A stretch of 63,979 nucleotides of DNA, the filler included, from Octopus bimaculoides (Eukaryota): NCBI RefSeq assembly GCF_001194135.2. It is 6 parts of 6 records of this genome, joined end to end, with 100 filler letters (N's around TTAATTAATTAA, not from the genome) between each part and the next. Parts side by side here need not be neighbours in the genome. Positions count along the whole stretch, not along the records: positions 20,958 to 42,826 come from NC_068985.1; positions 42,927 to 47,863 come from NW_026314275.1; positions 47,964 to 55,879 come from NC_068988.1; 3 more parts are not named here. One strand, 5' to 3'. This document shows positions 37,521 through 49,829 of the stretch, piece by piece. The notes under the pieces were generated by a model, which saw nothing but the letters and a program-made list of their open reading frames with translations, was not told the origin of the DNA and searched no databases. Position 1 is the stretch's first letter; the number at the start of each line of letters is the position of its first letter. Made by a program: the position numbers and the translations under genes.

Positions 37521-37572
<52 letters not shown>

Positions 37573-38164
37573 CAGGTACGGATAGATAAAGAGAGAGAGA
37601 GAGTGATAGAGTAATTGATAGTGATAGATAAAGTGAGTGATAAAGTGAGTGATAGAGTGATGGAGAGAGTGAGACAGAAGAGTTAGATAAAAAAAGAAAT
37701 GTTGGTTAGGTGAATGAGTCACTCACTGGGAATATTGATGCATGCATTTCGTAACAATAAGGAGTAAGGTTGGTGAAGGGGATGTAATTGAAAAACCTAG
37801 AGAAGACATAACAATCGTACTGAAAGAATCAATAAAGTCTGCAAGAAACTAGAAATTAAAACAGAAATAAATGGAAACAAAATAAAGAAACAGAAAAAGG
37901 AAAAAAACAAAAAAAAGCCTTGGTATTAGTTGATTGCCAGTTCAGTGAGCAGTAGCTCAGTTTCAGGCCAGTAACAGTTGCTATGGAATGGTTACTCAAC
38001 TCTGCTACCAATTAAACAGGCTACATTGCTGTGCTGCCTGACGTTAACTGATGCAAGAAAGTTTCAGACACTAAACCACATTCAGAAGCAGTCACACACA
38101 CACCCACACGCGTGCTTCATCACCATCACCATCACCATCATTAACATGGAAGTGATGAGTTTAA

Positions 38165-38590
38165 AGCCGGCGAGCTGGCAGAAACGTTAGCACACCGAGT
38201 AAAATGCTTAGTGGTATTTCGTCTTTATGTTCTGAGTTCAAATTCCCACTAAGTTCAAATTCATCCGTTCAAGGTCGATAAATTAAGTACCAGTAAAACA
38301 CTGGAGTCGATGTAATCGACTTGATCCCTTTGTCTGTCCTTGTTTGTCCCCTCTATGTTTAGCCCCTTGTGGGCAATAAAGAAATAAGAAACGTTAGAAC
38401 GCCGAGTGAAAATGCTTAGTGGTATTTCGTCTGTCTTTACATTCTGAGTTCAAATTCCATCGAGGTCAACTTTGCCTTTCCTCCTTTCAGGGTCAATAAA
38501 TTAAGTACCAGTTGCATACTGGGGTCAATCTAATCAATTGCCTCCCACGCACTCCTCAAAAATTTTGGGTCTTGTGCCTAGAGTAGAAAA
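38165..38590 (+). mobile_element. Head-to-tail dimer of SINE family A (long-tail + short-tail units)
   Basis: Junction ...AAGAAATAAGAAACGTTAG at ~38390. Confidence 0.85.
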
Positions 38591-38737
38591 GCATGGAAGC
38601 CAGACAGCTGCTCTGGCAATGATCACGCTCGGACGGTGCTGTTAGTGCTCCACTGGCACAGGTGCTGGTCATCAAATATGGTTCAATTACGATTTCAATT
38701 TCAAAATATATATATAATTGTTTATATTAAATATATA

Positions 38738-38933
38738 TAGGTGCAGGCATGGCTGTGTGGTAAGAAGTTTGCTTCCCAACCACATGGTTCCGGTTCAGCT
38801 CCATTGTTTGGCAACTTGAGTAAGTGCCTTCTACTATAGCCTTGGGGCAACCAAAGCCTTGTGGGTGAAATTGGTAGATGGGAATTAAAGAAGCCCATCT
38901 CATATATATATATATATATATATTCATATATTC

Positions 38934-38971
<38 letters not shown>

Positions 38972-39210
38972 GAATATATTTTTGTGTCTGATTTTGTCCC
39001 CCCCACCACCACCACCACCACCACCATCACTTGGCAACCAATGTTGGTGTGTTTACGTCCCCGTAACTTAGCAGCTCAGCAAAAGACACCGATAGGATAA
39101 GTACTAGGCTTATAAAGAAAAAGTTCTGGGGTCGATTTGTTTGACTAAAGGTGGTGCTCCAGCTTGGCCGCAGTCAAATGACTGAAAGAAGTAAAAGAAT
39201 AAAAGAATAA
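38738..39210 (+). mobile_element. SINE family B, full-length
   Basis: Head, internal (TA)n and tail present. Confidence 0.85.
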
Positions 39211-39299
39211 ATAAATAATTTACTCAAACGAAGGAAAAGCAGAGCCTGTAACCATTTGCAACACTGCACCACCAGACCAGTAATCGTTCAGCTTAAAAT

Positions 39300-39560
39300 T
39301 CAAGGTCAAAGTTCGCAGGGTCAGTGGGGGAAAGGTCAGCATTCCAGATGGTTACAGTCCCAGAAAGAATGAATTATGAGAAGTATTTCACGCATGGCCT
39401 GAGAGACGAAACCAGATCCGTCTTGCTTTGTTGGACAATTATCTCAGTTCCTGCAGGACATAATAGGAGCAGAATATTTCAGCAATCGATTCTGTTAAGA
39501 CTAAATAACATGAAAATGTTGTGGATTTTTTGGATAGTGTTTTGAAGAATTAGGTAGATT
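39300..39560 (-). mobile_element. Possible CR1/L2-type LINE 3' remnant
   Basis: Weak translation similarity (IVQQSKTD...KYFS*FILSGTVTIWNA) to the FF..RV...WN.LP motif. Confidence 0.3.
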
Positions 39561-39719
39561 GTTATTCTAGAACAAGCAGGTGCCCCCCCCCCCCCGATGG
39601 TGATTGAATAGGGTGGAATTTTGATGTAACACAACACAAAGTGGTAAATATAGATACAATGGAGAGGAAAGAAGAGAGAGGAGGAGAAGTTGAAAAGTAA
39701 AAAAAAAAACAAAAATAAT

Positions 39720-39757
<38 letters not shown>

Positions 39758-40168
39758 GGATAGATGGATGGACAGGTAGGTAGGTAGGTAGATAGGTAGA
39801 CGGATAGATGGCTGGATGGATGGACAAACAGACAGAATGATGGATGGATGGATGGATGGATGGATGGATACGAGTGGTACAAGAGAAAGTATGAAGCCAT
39901 TGCAAGAGTAATTCAAAATGCCAAGAAAAACAAACCAACAAACAAAGCAATAAGAATCAATTTATCATAGCAACAAAGATCATCGTGGAGAAATATGAAT
40001 CCAAGATGTTCGCTGAGTGTATTGAAAATAGATTGAAAGCCTCAATTCTGAAAAAGAATACGAAAATGTACATATAATCTCAATTGAATTATATTTCATT
40101 TAAACTAGAGTTCGTTTTCTTTCCATCTGCTGCTTCAACAGTATAATGATGTGTGTGGTGTGTGTCTC

Positions 40169-40216
<48 letters not shown>

Positions 40217-40569
40217 ATATATAATATAAATAATATATAGATGTATGCATATATCCATACATATATGTACATACCTACATATATTTGTATATATACATGC
40301 ATATATGGGTACAGGACATCACAAAAAAACGTTAAACACAATGAGAAACGAAAACACAAAAACGAACTTTTTTTGAACAAAAAAAAACAAGCAGAGAAAC
40401 GAGACATGCAACATAAAGAGTATACCCCTTCGTCAGTTGTCCCTGTTCCATCGATGCCAGTCAAGGCAGCACTGGCATCGACCATGTTCGGATGGTGCTT
40501 TTTATGTGCCACTGGCATAGGAGCCAATTGGAGCGAGGGGGCTGGCATGTACCAATTTGGCATTTAATC

Positions 40570-40770
40570 TCTTTCAAAACAGTCCCCTTCAGAAGCTATA
40601 CACTTAATCCAGTGCTGTTTCCATTGTTGGAAGCATTTCTTGGAATTCGTTTTCTGGGATAATCAGCAGCTGCCTCATCACATTCACTTTGATTTCCTCG
40701 ACATCCTGAAATCTTCTTCATTACAAGTGGGACTTGAGTTTTGGAAAAAGGAAAAAAATCGCAAGGGCTG
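40570..40770 (-). mobile_element. Second mariner transposase C-terminal remnant
   Basis: KLKSHL..RRFQDVEEIKVNVMRQLLIIPENEFQ/CFQQWKQHWIKCIASEGDCFE across a frameshift. Confidence 0.7.
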
Positions 40771-42442
40771 GGATCTGGAGAAATATTTTTTACCTTCTAA
40801 GCTAAAAAAATATTTGGAAAACTTTTCAAAACTCCAAATAAGTGGTAAAATTTAAGGGTATCAACACCTGGTGGACAGGAAAGAGTATATGTCAAGATTT
40901 TCAAAGACATATTTAAACAATCAAATATAGGTGCCGGCATGGCAGTAAGTTAAGAAGCTTGCTTCTAAATCACCTCGTTCCAGGTTCATTCCCTTTCTGT
41001 GGGACTTTGGACAAGTGTCTTCTACTATAGTCTCAGACCAACCAAAGTCTTGTGAGTGGATTTGGTAGGAAGAAATTGAATGAAGCCTTTCATATAGATA
41101 TGTGTGTGTGTGTTTGTATATATATCATCATCATCATTGTTTAACATCCATTTTCCATGCTGGCATGGGTTGGATGGTTTGACTGGGGACTGGCAAACCA
41201 GGAGGCTGTGCCAGGCTCCAATCTGATCTGGCAAGGTTTCTTCAGCTGGATGCCCTTCCTAATGCCAACCACTCCAAGAGTGTAGTAAGACCTTTTTATG
41301 GACCATTGGCATGGGAGCCAGTCAGGTGGCACGTTTGGATGGGGAGCTAGTCAGGCGGCATTGTCATTGACCCATGCTTGAATGGTGCTTATTACATACC
41401 AACAGCATGGGTGCCAGTCAAGCAGCACTGGCATTGGCCACTCCACTACCACTTGACATCTGGTGTTGGTGTGTTTACATCCTTGTAACTTAACGGTTCG
41501 GCAGAAGATACTAATAGAATAAGTACCAGGTTTTTTTTAAAAATCTAAGTATTGGGGTTAATTCATTTGACTAAAAACTCTTGAAGGTGGTGCCCCAGTA
41601 TGGCCCCAGTCTAATGACAAACTAACAAAAGATAAAAGAGATTTACCTAGGTATGTGACGTGATTACATATCTCTAAAAACCATTATCTCTAGGACTGAT
41701 ATTTCTGTAACCATTAAATTGCGAAATTCCTTTGTTCTTTTATTGAATGTTGTAGACAGGAATCAAAAGAAAAAAATGTCTATTTTGTCTTTTTGCTTAT
41801 GTCTGTCAGTACATTTCTGGTGCATTTCAGAAAAGTGACCACCAACAAAGTTGGAATGGTTGCATAACACCAGCTTTGTGTTGTCCATGACTTTTGGAGT
41901 TATACAGAAGGTATTAGAATAATTAAAATCAATCACAAAATAATTTGCTGGTGTTACTCTGTTCTTGTGGGGGCGATTTGTTTTATTGTGACAAACAACA
42001 AAACCACAGGAAACATCAATTTTTCTCACTTCTTTGGAAACCTAGGCAACAATGCTAGACTACATAATGCCATCCTTTTCACAATTCATTGATTGAACAA
42101 ACGGTCGGCCTAGCTTGAGTTATGAGCTATAAATCAAAAGAGTTTTGATCAAAGAAATCTGGGCTATTTGAAATTTTTAAATATTTTCCACCTAAGTAAG
42201 AAAAAAAACCAATAAGTTGAGCAAAATATTACTTCAAAGTGTGATTACACTGGAATACTGTGAGTATTGAACCACTGCTCAGAAAAACTCAGAGTTCTGT
42301 ATGGTACTGTCCCATACCCGTGTCATTTAATAAAATTGTCTTCCTGAACACAGTCAAAGAGATCTTGTACAGCTGAACCTCGGTCATCTTCTTGAGATAA
42401 CCGCACTTTACAGACTATAGACTTATTGATCAGACCTCGTAT

Positions 42443-42603
42443 ATACGACAGGCTTCTTTCAGTTTCCATCTACCAAGTCCAGTCACAAGACTTTGATCGG
42501 CCCGAGGCTATGGTAGAAGACACTTGCACCAAGGTGCCACACAGTGGGACTGAACCCGGAACCATGTGATTGGGAAGCAAGCTACTTACCACACAGCCAC
42601 AAT
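42443..42603 (-). mobile_element. SINE family B, 5' half
   Basis: Reverse complement of the B head. Confidence 0.8.
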
Positions 42604-42782
42604 GCATATAGAACCATCTTATCTTTCTGAAGCTGGGAATGTGTGATATGAGGGAGAGTTGGCTACGGTGTCTTGTATGGTGAACGTAAATGCACAGAAG
42701 TTTCCACACTAGGCTCTCTCATGGGTTTGGAGTTTCACTATTGCTGCTGCTGCAGATGATGGTGATGAGGATGATGATGATG

Positions 42783-42826
<44 letters not shown>

Positions 42827-42926
42827 NNNNNNNNNNNNNNNNNNNNNNNNNNNNNNNNNNNNNNNNNNNNTTAATTAATTAANNNNNNNNNNNNNNNNNN
42901 NNNNNNNNNNNNNNNNNNNNNNNNNN
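42827..42926. other. Artificial assembly linker N44-TTAATTAATTAA-N44
   Basis: Exact 100-bp structure. Confidence 0.9.
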
Positions 42927-43499
42927 CCAGATAAGAAATTTTCTGTCTTTTCAACCTCGTTCATACCCTTCTATTTATGCGCTGATCATTACACCTTACT
43001 TAATGCTGTCTCTATTCTGTCTATTTCATTACCATGTTGTCAAATTCATTCTTTTATTCTATTCTATAATTCTGTCTTAGATTAGCTGACCGAAAACCCT
43101 CAGATTTTTCAATTCTATTTTACTATTATCAACATTGCTGTCTTGTTAAACTATGCTACACAAATCTCAAAAGAATATCTTTCCCCCTCATGTTCTGACC
43201 ACTAACCCTAATCCCTCTCTATGCCTTACTCTGTCTCTCTCAATCTCACTCTCTCTCTCTCTCCCTCTCCCCCTTTCGATTACCTCTCGCTTCACCAGGA
43301 CTATAAACTTACGCTCGCACCTCGATTTCCCTACTCGATCTCACCCCTACTTAGGGTTTATCTCCTCCTATGTAAGGTAGTGATCATGTAGAGCAAAAAT
43401 ATGATAGTGTAGTGTATGCAGGTTGAATTGAAGGCTACTGCTTGTTTAAGAATTCTGCCAAATCTGAGCTTTCTTTTCAGGTACATGATGCTGCTGTCC

Positions 43500-44757
43500 C
43501 CCGTCCCAGGTCTCACGGGCCCATACCTCCCACACCCTCAGGGATGGCACTCTCAACATCGGCACACTAAAAGGTAGGTTTGGTGAGATTGTTGAGATGC
43601 TTGAACGGAGATGTGTCGATATATGCTGCCTTCAAGAAGTAAGGTGGAGAGGAGGTTCCACTAAGTTACTCACAGGCAAAGAACACAGGCACAAGATTTT
43701 CTAGGCAGGGAACACAGACGGGGTTGGGGGCGTGGGTATACTTCTTGCGGAGAAATGGGCGGATAAGGTAATCGAGGTAGTCAGAGTATGCGATAGAATA
43801 CTTAAGATTAGATTAGTCCACCATCATGGGTTAGCAACCATTATCTCGGCCTATGCCCCTCAACCAAGGCTACCCGATGAACAGAAAGACAGATTTTATG
43901 ACACCCTCTTGCAGACTACCTCGTTGATGAATGACAGAGACCTTCTCTTCAATGGACATGTTGGACAACATTCAGGGGGCTTCCATGGCGCACCTGGAGG
44001 CTATGGTTTTGGTTCCCGCAATTAGGAGGGAACCAGGCTGCTGGAGTTCTGCAATGCAAATGACCTCATGGTTTGCAATACTAACATCAGGAAACCTGCC
44101 AGTCACTTAGTCACCTACCGTTCTGGCAGACACACTAGCCAAATTGACTACATCCTCGCCAGAAAAAGGGAAAGATGGCTGCTTATAAATGCCAAAACCT
44201 TACCAGGTGAAGAATGTACCCCACAACATAGATTAGTAGTTAGTGACTTCAGGATCAGGGTTGAGTGGCTGCCCAGAAGACGATCAGCATGGAGGAGAAG
44301 GGTCTGGAAGCTTGAAGATCCCGCAAATGGACAGAAATTTAGAGACATATTATTCAAAGCCTTTGACGAAATAGAAGGGGATATAGCTTCACCCAATGTA
44401 GAAGACAACTGGAGGTTTCTATGGGACAACCTGCTGAGGGCCACTGACCGGATCTGTGGATGGTGCAAAGTCCCCTCCCGACCCAAAATAACGTAGTGGT
44501 CGAACAATGTTGTTGACAGGGCTATTAGACAAAAGAAACAGGCTTGGAAGGGCTGGAAGAACGGTGGTAGCAGGGAATTGTATCAGACTGCCAGAAGGGA
44601 AGCTAGGAGACAGGTTTATTTAGCCAAAGGGGAAGCAGATAAGAAAAAATTTGCCAATGTTCTGCGCTGTGAGGACCAAAGACTTGAAGTATTTCGTGCT
44701 GCAAGACAGTGTGTGAGAGAGAATTGTGATGTCGTAGGAAAGAAATGTGTTCGCATG
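43500..44757 (+). mobile_element. RTE-clade LINE: apurinic endonuclease domain + linker, pseudogenised
   Basis: TLNIGTLKG, DICCLQEVRW, GVGILL, ISAYAPQ, FNGHVG, SQIDYIL, QHRLVVSDF motifs, with in-frame stops. Confidence 0.92.
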
Positions 44758-46090
44758 TTAACTGATTTAGTAGGTATTTATGTATTATTGGAACTTCAAT
44801 TAGAAAATTTTAAATTGGAGGGTGGTTGACAAAAGGGATGACCTTTTATTAATAACTAAGAATTGCACCAATAGAACACTAGAATTATATAAGAAGAAAC
44901 TATATAGTTTTTTTTTAAAGAAATGGATTAACGATTACTATATATAATGAGAAATATGATGTTAATTATTTAGATGCTAATTTTAATTTAATAACAGGTA
45001 AAACCCAACCATTCCATAAAATTAATGAAAACATTAGATATATTAATGCTAATAGTAATTATCCAGCCTCAATTAAGCAATCATTAACATATAATATAGG
45101 TAAGAGAATATCGTTACTTTCTTCTAAATTTGAGATTTTTCAAAAACATGCACCTTATTATAATGAAGCCCTTCGTGGGGTGGGATATATTAATAATATT
45201 AAATTCTTTAATAATTTGTAATATAATTATAATATCAAAGATTATAATATTAATGATCCATCTATTTTCTATAATAATAAACATAACATTAAGAATTATG
45301 ATAAGATCTACTTAGGTAATAATAGTACGAATAATATATATTATGACAATAAAAAACATAAACATAATTATAATGGACAAAATAATAAGATTAAATTTAA
45401 TTCATTTAATGATAATAATGAATTTAATGATATAAATAATAAATACAATAATATCTATAATAAAAACAAAATTTGGCTAATTATTCCTTACGGCGTATGA
45501 GTTAAAACTAAAATTATTAAAGAGATCTTATACATAATTGATATATTCCTTAGAGATAATAAAAAATATAATATTGTTTCTAGTAATAATTTGGGAGTTG
45601 GTTATTCTACTACTAATAATGTTGGTAATATTATTTCTTCTTTTGATAGATTTAAGTTAAATAAGTTTTACAAATCTAAATTAAATACTTATTCTAATAA
45701 TAATAAGAAGAACCAGGACATAATTAATTGTACATGTAGAGATAAGGCCAAATGTAAATTTAATAATAAATGTGATTTGAAGAATGTGGTGTATAAATGT
45801 ATAGTGACTTTAATTGATGGGAATAAATTGAATGGTTATAATTTAAATAAGATTTACATAGGATCGACTTCGAATAAAATTAAATTACAGAACTAAAATC
45901 TAAAAATATTAAGTACATTTTAAATTGGGAGATAGTTTGTAAGGCGAAATCTCATCGTATAGGTAGTAATTTTTGTATGTCGTGTACTAATGAATTTAAG
46001 GATATATCATTAAATAATAATAATACTTTGATTAACTCCTTTGGTGAACATAAAATTAGATGTAGACATAAATTAAGTTGTTTAGCTAAT
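44758..46090 (+). mobile_element. Penelope-like element: RT C-terminal half, Cys-rich linker and GIY-YIG endonuclease, pseudogenised
   Basis: RDD, NYLDANFNL..GK.QPFHK.N...YINANSNYP, CTCRDKAKCKFNNKC..KNVVYKC, IYIGST, WEIV.KAK..C..C, CRHK. Confidence 0.85.
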
Positions 46091-47078
46091 TGTGTATATA
46101 TATGTATATATATGTATATATATGTGTGTGTGTGTGTGTNNNNNNNNNNNNNNNNNNNNNNNNNNNNNNNNNNNNNNNNNNNNNNNNNNNNNNNNNNNNN
46201 NNNNNNNNNNNNNNNNNNNNNNNNNNNNNNNNNNNNNNNNNNNNNNNNNNNNNNNNNNNNNNNNNNNNNNNNNNNNNNNNNNNNNNNNNNNNNNNNNNNN
46301 NNNNNNNNNNNNNNNNNNNNNNNNNNNNNNNNNNNNNNNNNNNNNNNNNNNNNNNNNNNNNNNNNNNNNNNNNNNNNNNNNNNNNNNNNNNNNNNNNNNN
46401 TTAATCTATTAGACTTTAAAATTATTTAGAATTTTAATTTTCCAGTAAATGTTTATAATACAGCTAATTTTTTATTATGGTTACAGCTAAAATGCATTTT
46501 GATTTTATAAATAAAATTTAAATACATATTTATATATCTCTTTATTCTATTACTTTTCTTTACGCCATATTTTCACACGACTTAATTCTAATAAACGCTA
46601 AGTTAAAAGTATAGCATTTAAAATTTTAGTTTAAACTAAAGCTTCGATAAGATAAGTATTGCATTTATTTTCAGTAATATCGTTAAGTGCTTTTCTTTTA
46701 TTTAAGGGTAAAATAAGTATTTTTATATAAATTCATTTGATATTTATTGTTAGTCGATATATATACATTGATTTTATTATTATTGTATTTTGAGTTGACA
46801 ATTAGCTATATTTTTTTATAGAGTTGATTTTCGATCGAATTATTTTGAATCGATTTGATTTTTATTTTATTGTCTATTTGAAAATATGGTAATAAATCAC
46901 GTGTAGTCATTTCTACTATTTTAATATTTATTACTTTGTACTTTTTTGATTTTTATTATAGGTCTTTTTAGTGTATGTACTTATTAAATCTTTATATATG
47001 TGATTGTGGATTTTCATGGATAAATTAAATAATTGTGGTTTTTTTCTCTAAATTATATATATATATATATATTAGCAA

Positions 47079-47765
47079 TCCACCTAGTGGTCTCGTTTTT
47101 ATATATACATATACAATAATCCTTTGAGATCTCAGATATTTTTTCTGAATCTCCTTGATTCTTTCAATGTGCTTGTTCCCTGGTATTAAATTGATATCAA
47201 TTAATATCCAATTTTTTACCCTTCTGTTTTAATTTAATTAACCATAACCACATTCTCAAAGTTGGTAAATTCGATGCGGAAACTATTTTCTGCAGAGATA
47301 TTTCCGGATTTAGCGCGTCAAAACGAAAACTTCTGAATCTTACCATAAATATAATTAACAGAACCATGTTCACGTTCTTCATTCATGGGGAACAACTAGT
47401 ATATGATTCTGGGAATTATATTTCTTTCGTGGTCCATACTGATGAGAAACAGATATTAATTTTGAAACCAGTCTGCAGATAACATCATATGTATTTATGT
47501 AATTTTCACTTGTCTTGCACGTATACATTTTGTTGCTTCGCTAAATTTTTCTTTGAGAACAATTCAGTCTTAGTAGACGCATTACATGTGATCTTCTTCT
47601 AGCACATTAACAGTCCACCTAGTGGTCTCCTTTATATACATATACAATAATCCTTTGAGATCTCAGATATTTTTCTGAATCTCCTTGATTCTTTTAATGT
47701 ACTTGTTCCCTGGTATTAAATTGATATTAATTAATATCCAATTTTTTACCCTCTGTTTTAATTTA
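47079..47765 (+). repeat. 1.3 tandem copies of a 535-bp unit carrying a degenerate hammerhead core (pseudo-LTR/retrozyme-like)
   Basis: Direct repeats 47079-47236 and 47614-47765. CTGATGA-GAAA cagatattaa TTTT-GAAAC at 47439-47468. Homologous (reverse complement) to 62612-63165. (TA)n on both sides. Confidence 0.75.
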
Positions 47766-47863
47766 AATATACATACATAAATAAATATATATATATATAT
47801 ATATATATTATTTTGTTTAAAAGAGTTCCAACACTGTCTGTTTTTTATGTTTTATTTATATTC

Positions 47864-47963
47864 NNNNNNNNNNNNNNNNNNNNNNNNNNNNNNNNNNNNN
47901 NNNNNNNTTAATTAATTAANNNNNNNNNNNNNNNNNNNNNNNNNNNNNNNNNNNNNNNNNNNN
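47864..47963. other. Artificial assembly linker N44-TTAATTAATTAA-N44
   Basis: Exact 100-bp structure. Confidence 0.9.
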
Positions 47964-48345
47964 TGTAAATTTGAAGCAGTGAACCATTTATATAGGCTGT
48001 TCCGTAAAATTGAAGCAGTGAACCATTTATATAGGCTGTTCCGTAAAATTGAAGCAGTGAACCATTTATCGTCCTTTAAATTAAGATATAGAGCAGGCAG
48101 AACTTCTCTTCCCACGAAGTCCTGGGAACTCGAAGATGATGACGTTAAATTTGATTTGAAATAGGATATAATTAGAGTCGCAAAACCATACTCTAGCAAT
48201 ATATACAGGTGTAGACTATGCTGCATGAAGCTGTATGCAATTTTAAAGCGAATGAACAGTGAAAATTCAATTGATAATAAATTGAACCTTCGTCTTTCAT
48301 GAATGCATAAAGTAACCCGTATCTTTAAATATTTTGAAAGCATAA
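47964..48345 (+). mobile_element. Penelope-like GIY-YIG C-terminal fragment with a 39-bp tandem repeat (2.7 copies, 47964-48069)
   Basis: NHLSSFKLRY...SWELEDDDVKFDLK*DIIRVAKPYSSNIYRCRLCC.KLYAIL...LN.R...MHK matches the PLE W.I..AKPY..C.LC motif. Confidence 0.65.
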
Positions 48346-49689
48346 CATAACCTCTATTTTGTTTATAGCCAATGGTTAACCAACCTAAGTCTCACAACTT
48401 TTCCTATACGTAGATCCAAAGGTTCACTGATTTCCGCGACCCTCCGATAGATCCTATCCATTCTCACTTTCAAATTAATTTCATCCCTAATTACTCTATA
48501 TACCCTGATAACATTATTAGTGTAGTATGCGATAATTGAAGGAGTGAATCATACAATTTGTCTTACCTAGTATTATCGATTTGAGATATCCGATCGTATC
48601 TAGGGATCTTTTCTGTTTGGCTGCCAGCGGTTGCCAGCGTCAATTTTCTGTTCGAATTAATTTCATCTTCAGTATTATGATACACTTATAATGATACACT
48701 TTTGTAATGACGTGAAAGTAATTTTCGTTATAAATCAATAAATAAAGAGTTATTTAGTAATTAAAGTTTGAAAATTTTGGTAATTTTAACCAATCGTAAG
48801 CCACAGACAAATTCATGTCTGTCTTGATAGTAACAAGCAGAAACGTGAGAACGTTTTTGCCCATTGCCTATTGCCTATTGCTATAGTAACAATCTTTGAA
48901 AGTCTGTGGGGAAGCACGTGTCATCAGCAGTCAACTGAGGAAGGGTCCTACCTGAGCAGTGGCTTTTAGGAAGGGTGTGTCGCGAGCCCAGATAAGTTTT
49001 TTCAGTATGCATATTGAAATTGTAATTAAACATATTTAAATTGTTTGTTTAATGTTTATTTCTTTTTGTCATTGAGCATTGAGGTGGTTGTCAGGTGTGC
49101 TAAAAATAACAGTTAAATAAGATTTTTTTGGCTAGGGAAGCAATGATCAAAATTTTCTGTCACATAGATATTTGAATAATAAAAAAAAAATACAAAAAAA
49201 AAATCATATTTTATATTAAGGGTATTCCGTAATTTGAAAAAGTATAAAATATTAGTTGAATAAACGCAGAAAACTACCTGCGTTTTATCTTTTCACCATT
49301 TTTTTCTTATGTATGTTTTCCTATGCAAGTGTTACATAACAACGTAAGATTACACATCTCATAGGTATTGCAAATTGACAAATTTAATCTAAGTGTATAG
49401 GTATTTATTAGCACCTAAAACTATTCGTTATCAGCTCTTACTAGAAAAAAATTGTGTTTGTGCCATTTTTATCGGAAAAAATGTTAAAATATTACACCCA
49501 AAAAGGATGCAACAGCTCATGTTGCTTCCTTTGCACAGATTTTTGTGTGTGGTTTGCCACTGCTTGTCTCATGCTAATTTTGACAATAAGAGTCTGAACC
49601 ATATGATGTCATGTAGTTTATATTAATTTTACAGAGCATAAGAACTATCTTATAAAAAATAATATAGTTTCAATTTTATTTCTATAATT

Positions 49690-49738
49690 TTTTAAGGGAA
49701 GCATTGCTTCCTTTGCTTCCATGGACCGCATGCCTATG
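49690..49738 (-). mobile_element. Possible hAT-like transposon terminus
   Basis: Minus strand CATAGGCATGCGGTCCATGGAAGCAAAGGAAGCAATGCTTCCC. Partner terminus not found. Confidence 0.3.
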
Positions 49739-49742
49739 ATAT

Positions 49743-49800
<58 letters not shown>

Positions 49801-49829
49801 GTATGATAGATAAAATGAGACAACTGAGT

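Noticed and set aside
46401-47050. Very AT-rich tract between the PLE and the HHR tandem unit, as a possible PLE N-terminus
   Set aside because: No frame gave a recognisable motif. Left unassigned.
48648-48676. Minus-strand CTGAAGA-T-GAA attaa TTC-GAAC, hammerhead-like
   Set aside because: GAAA core incomplete and no stem I or III can be formed.
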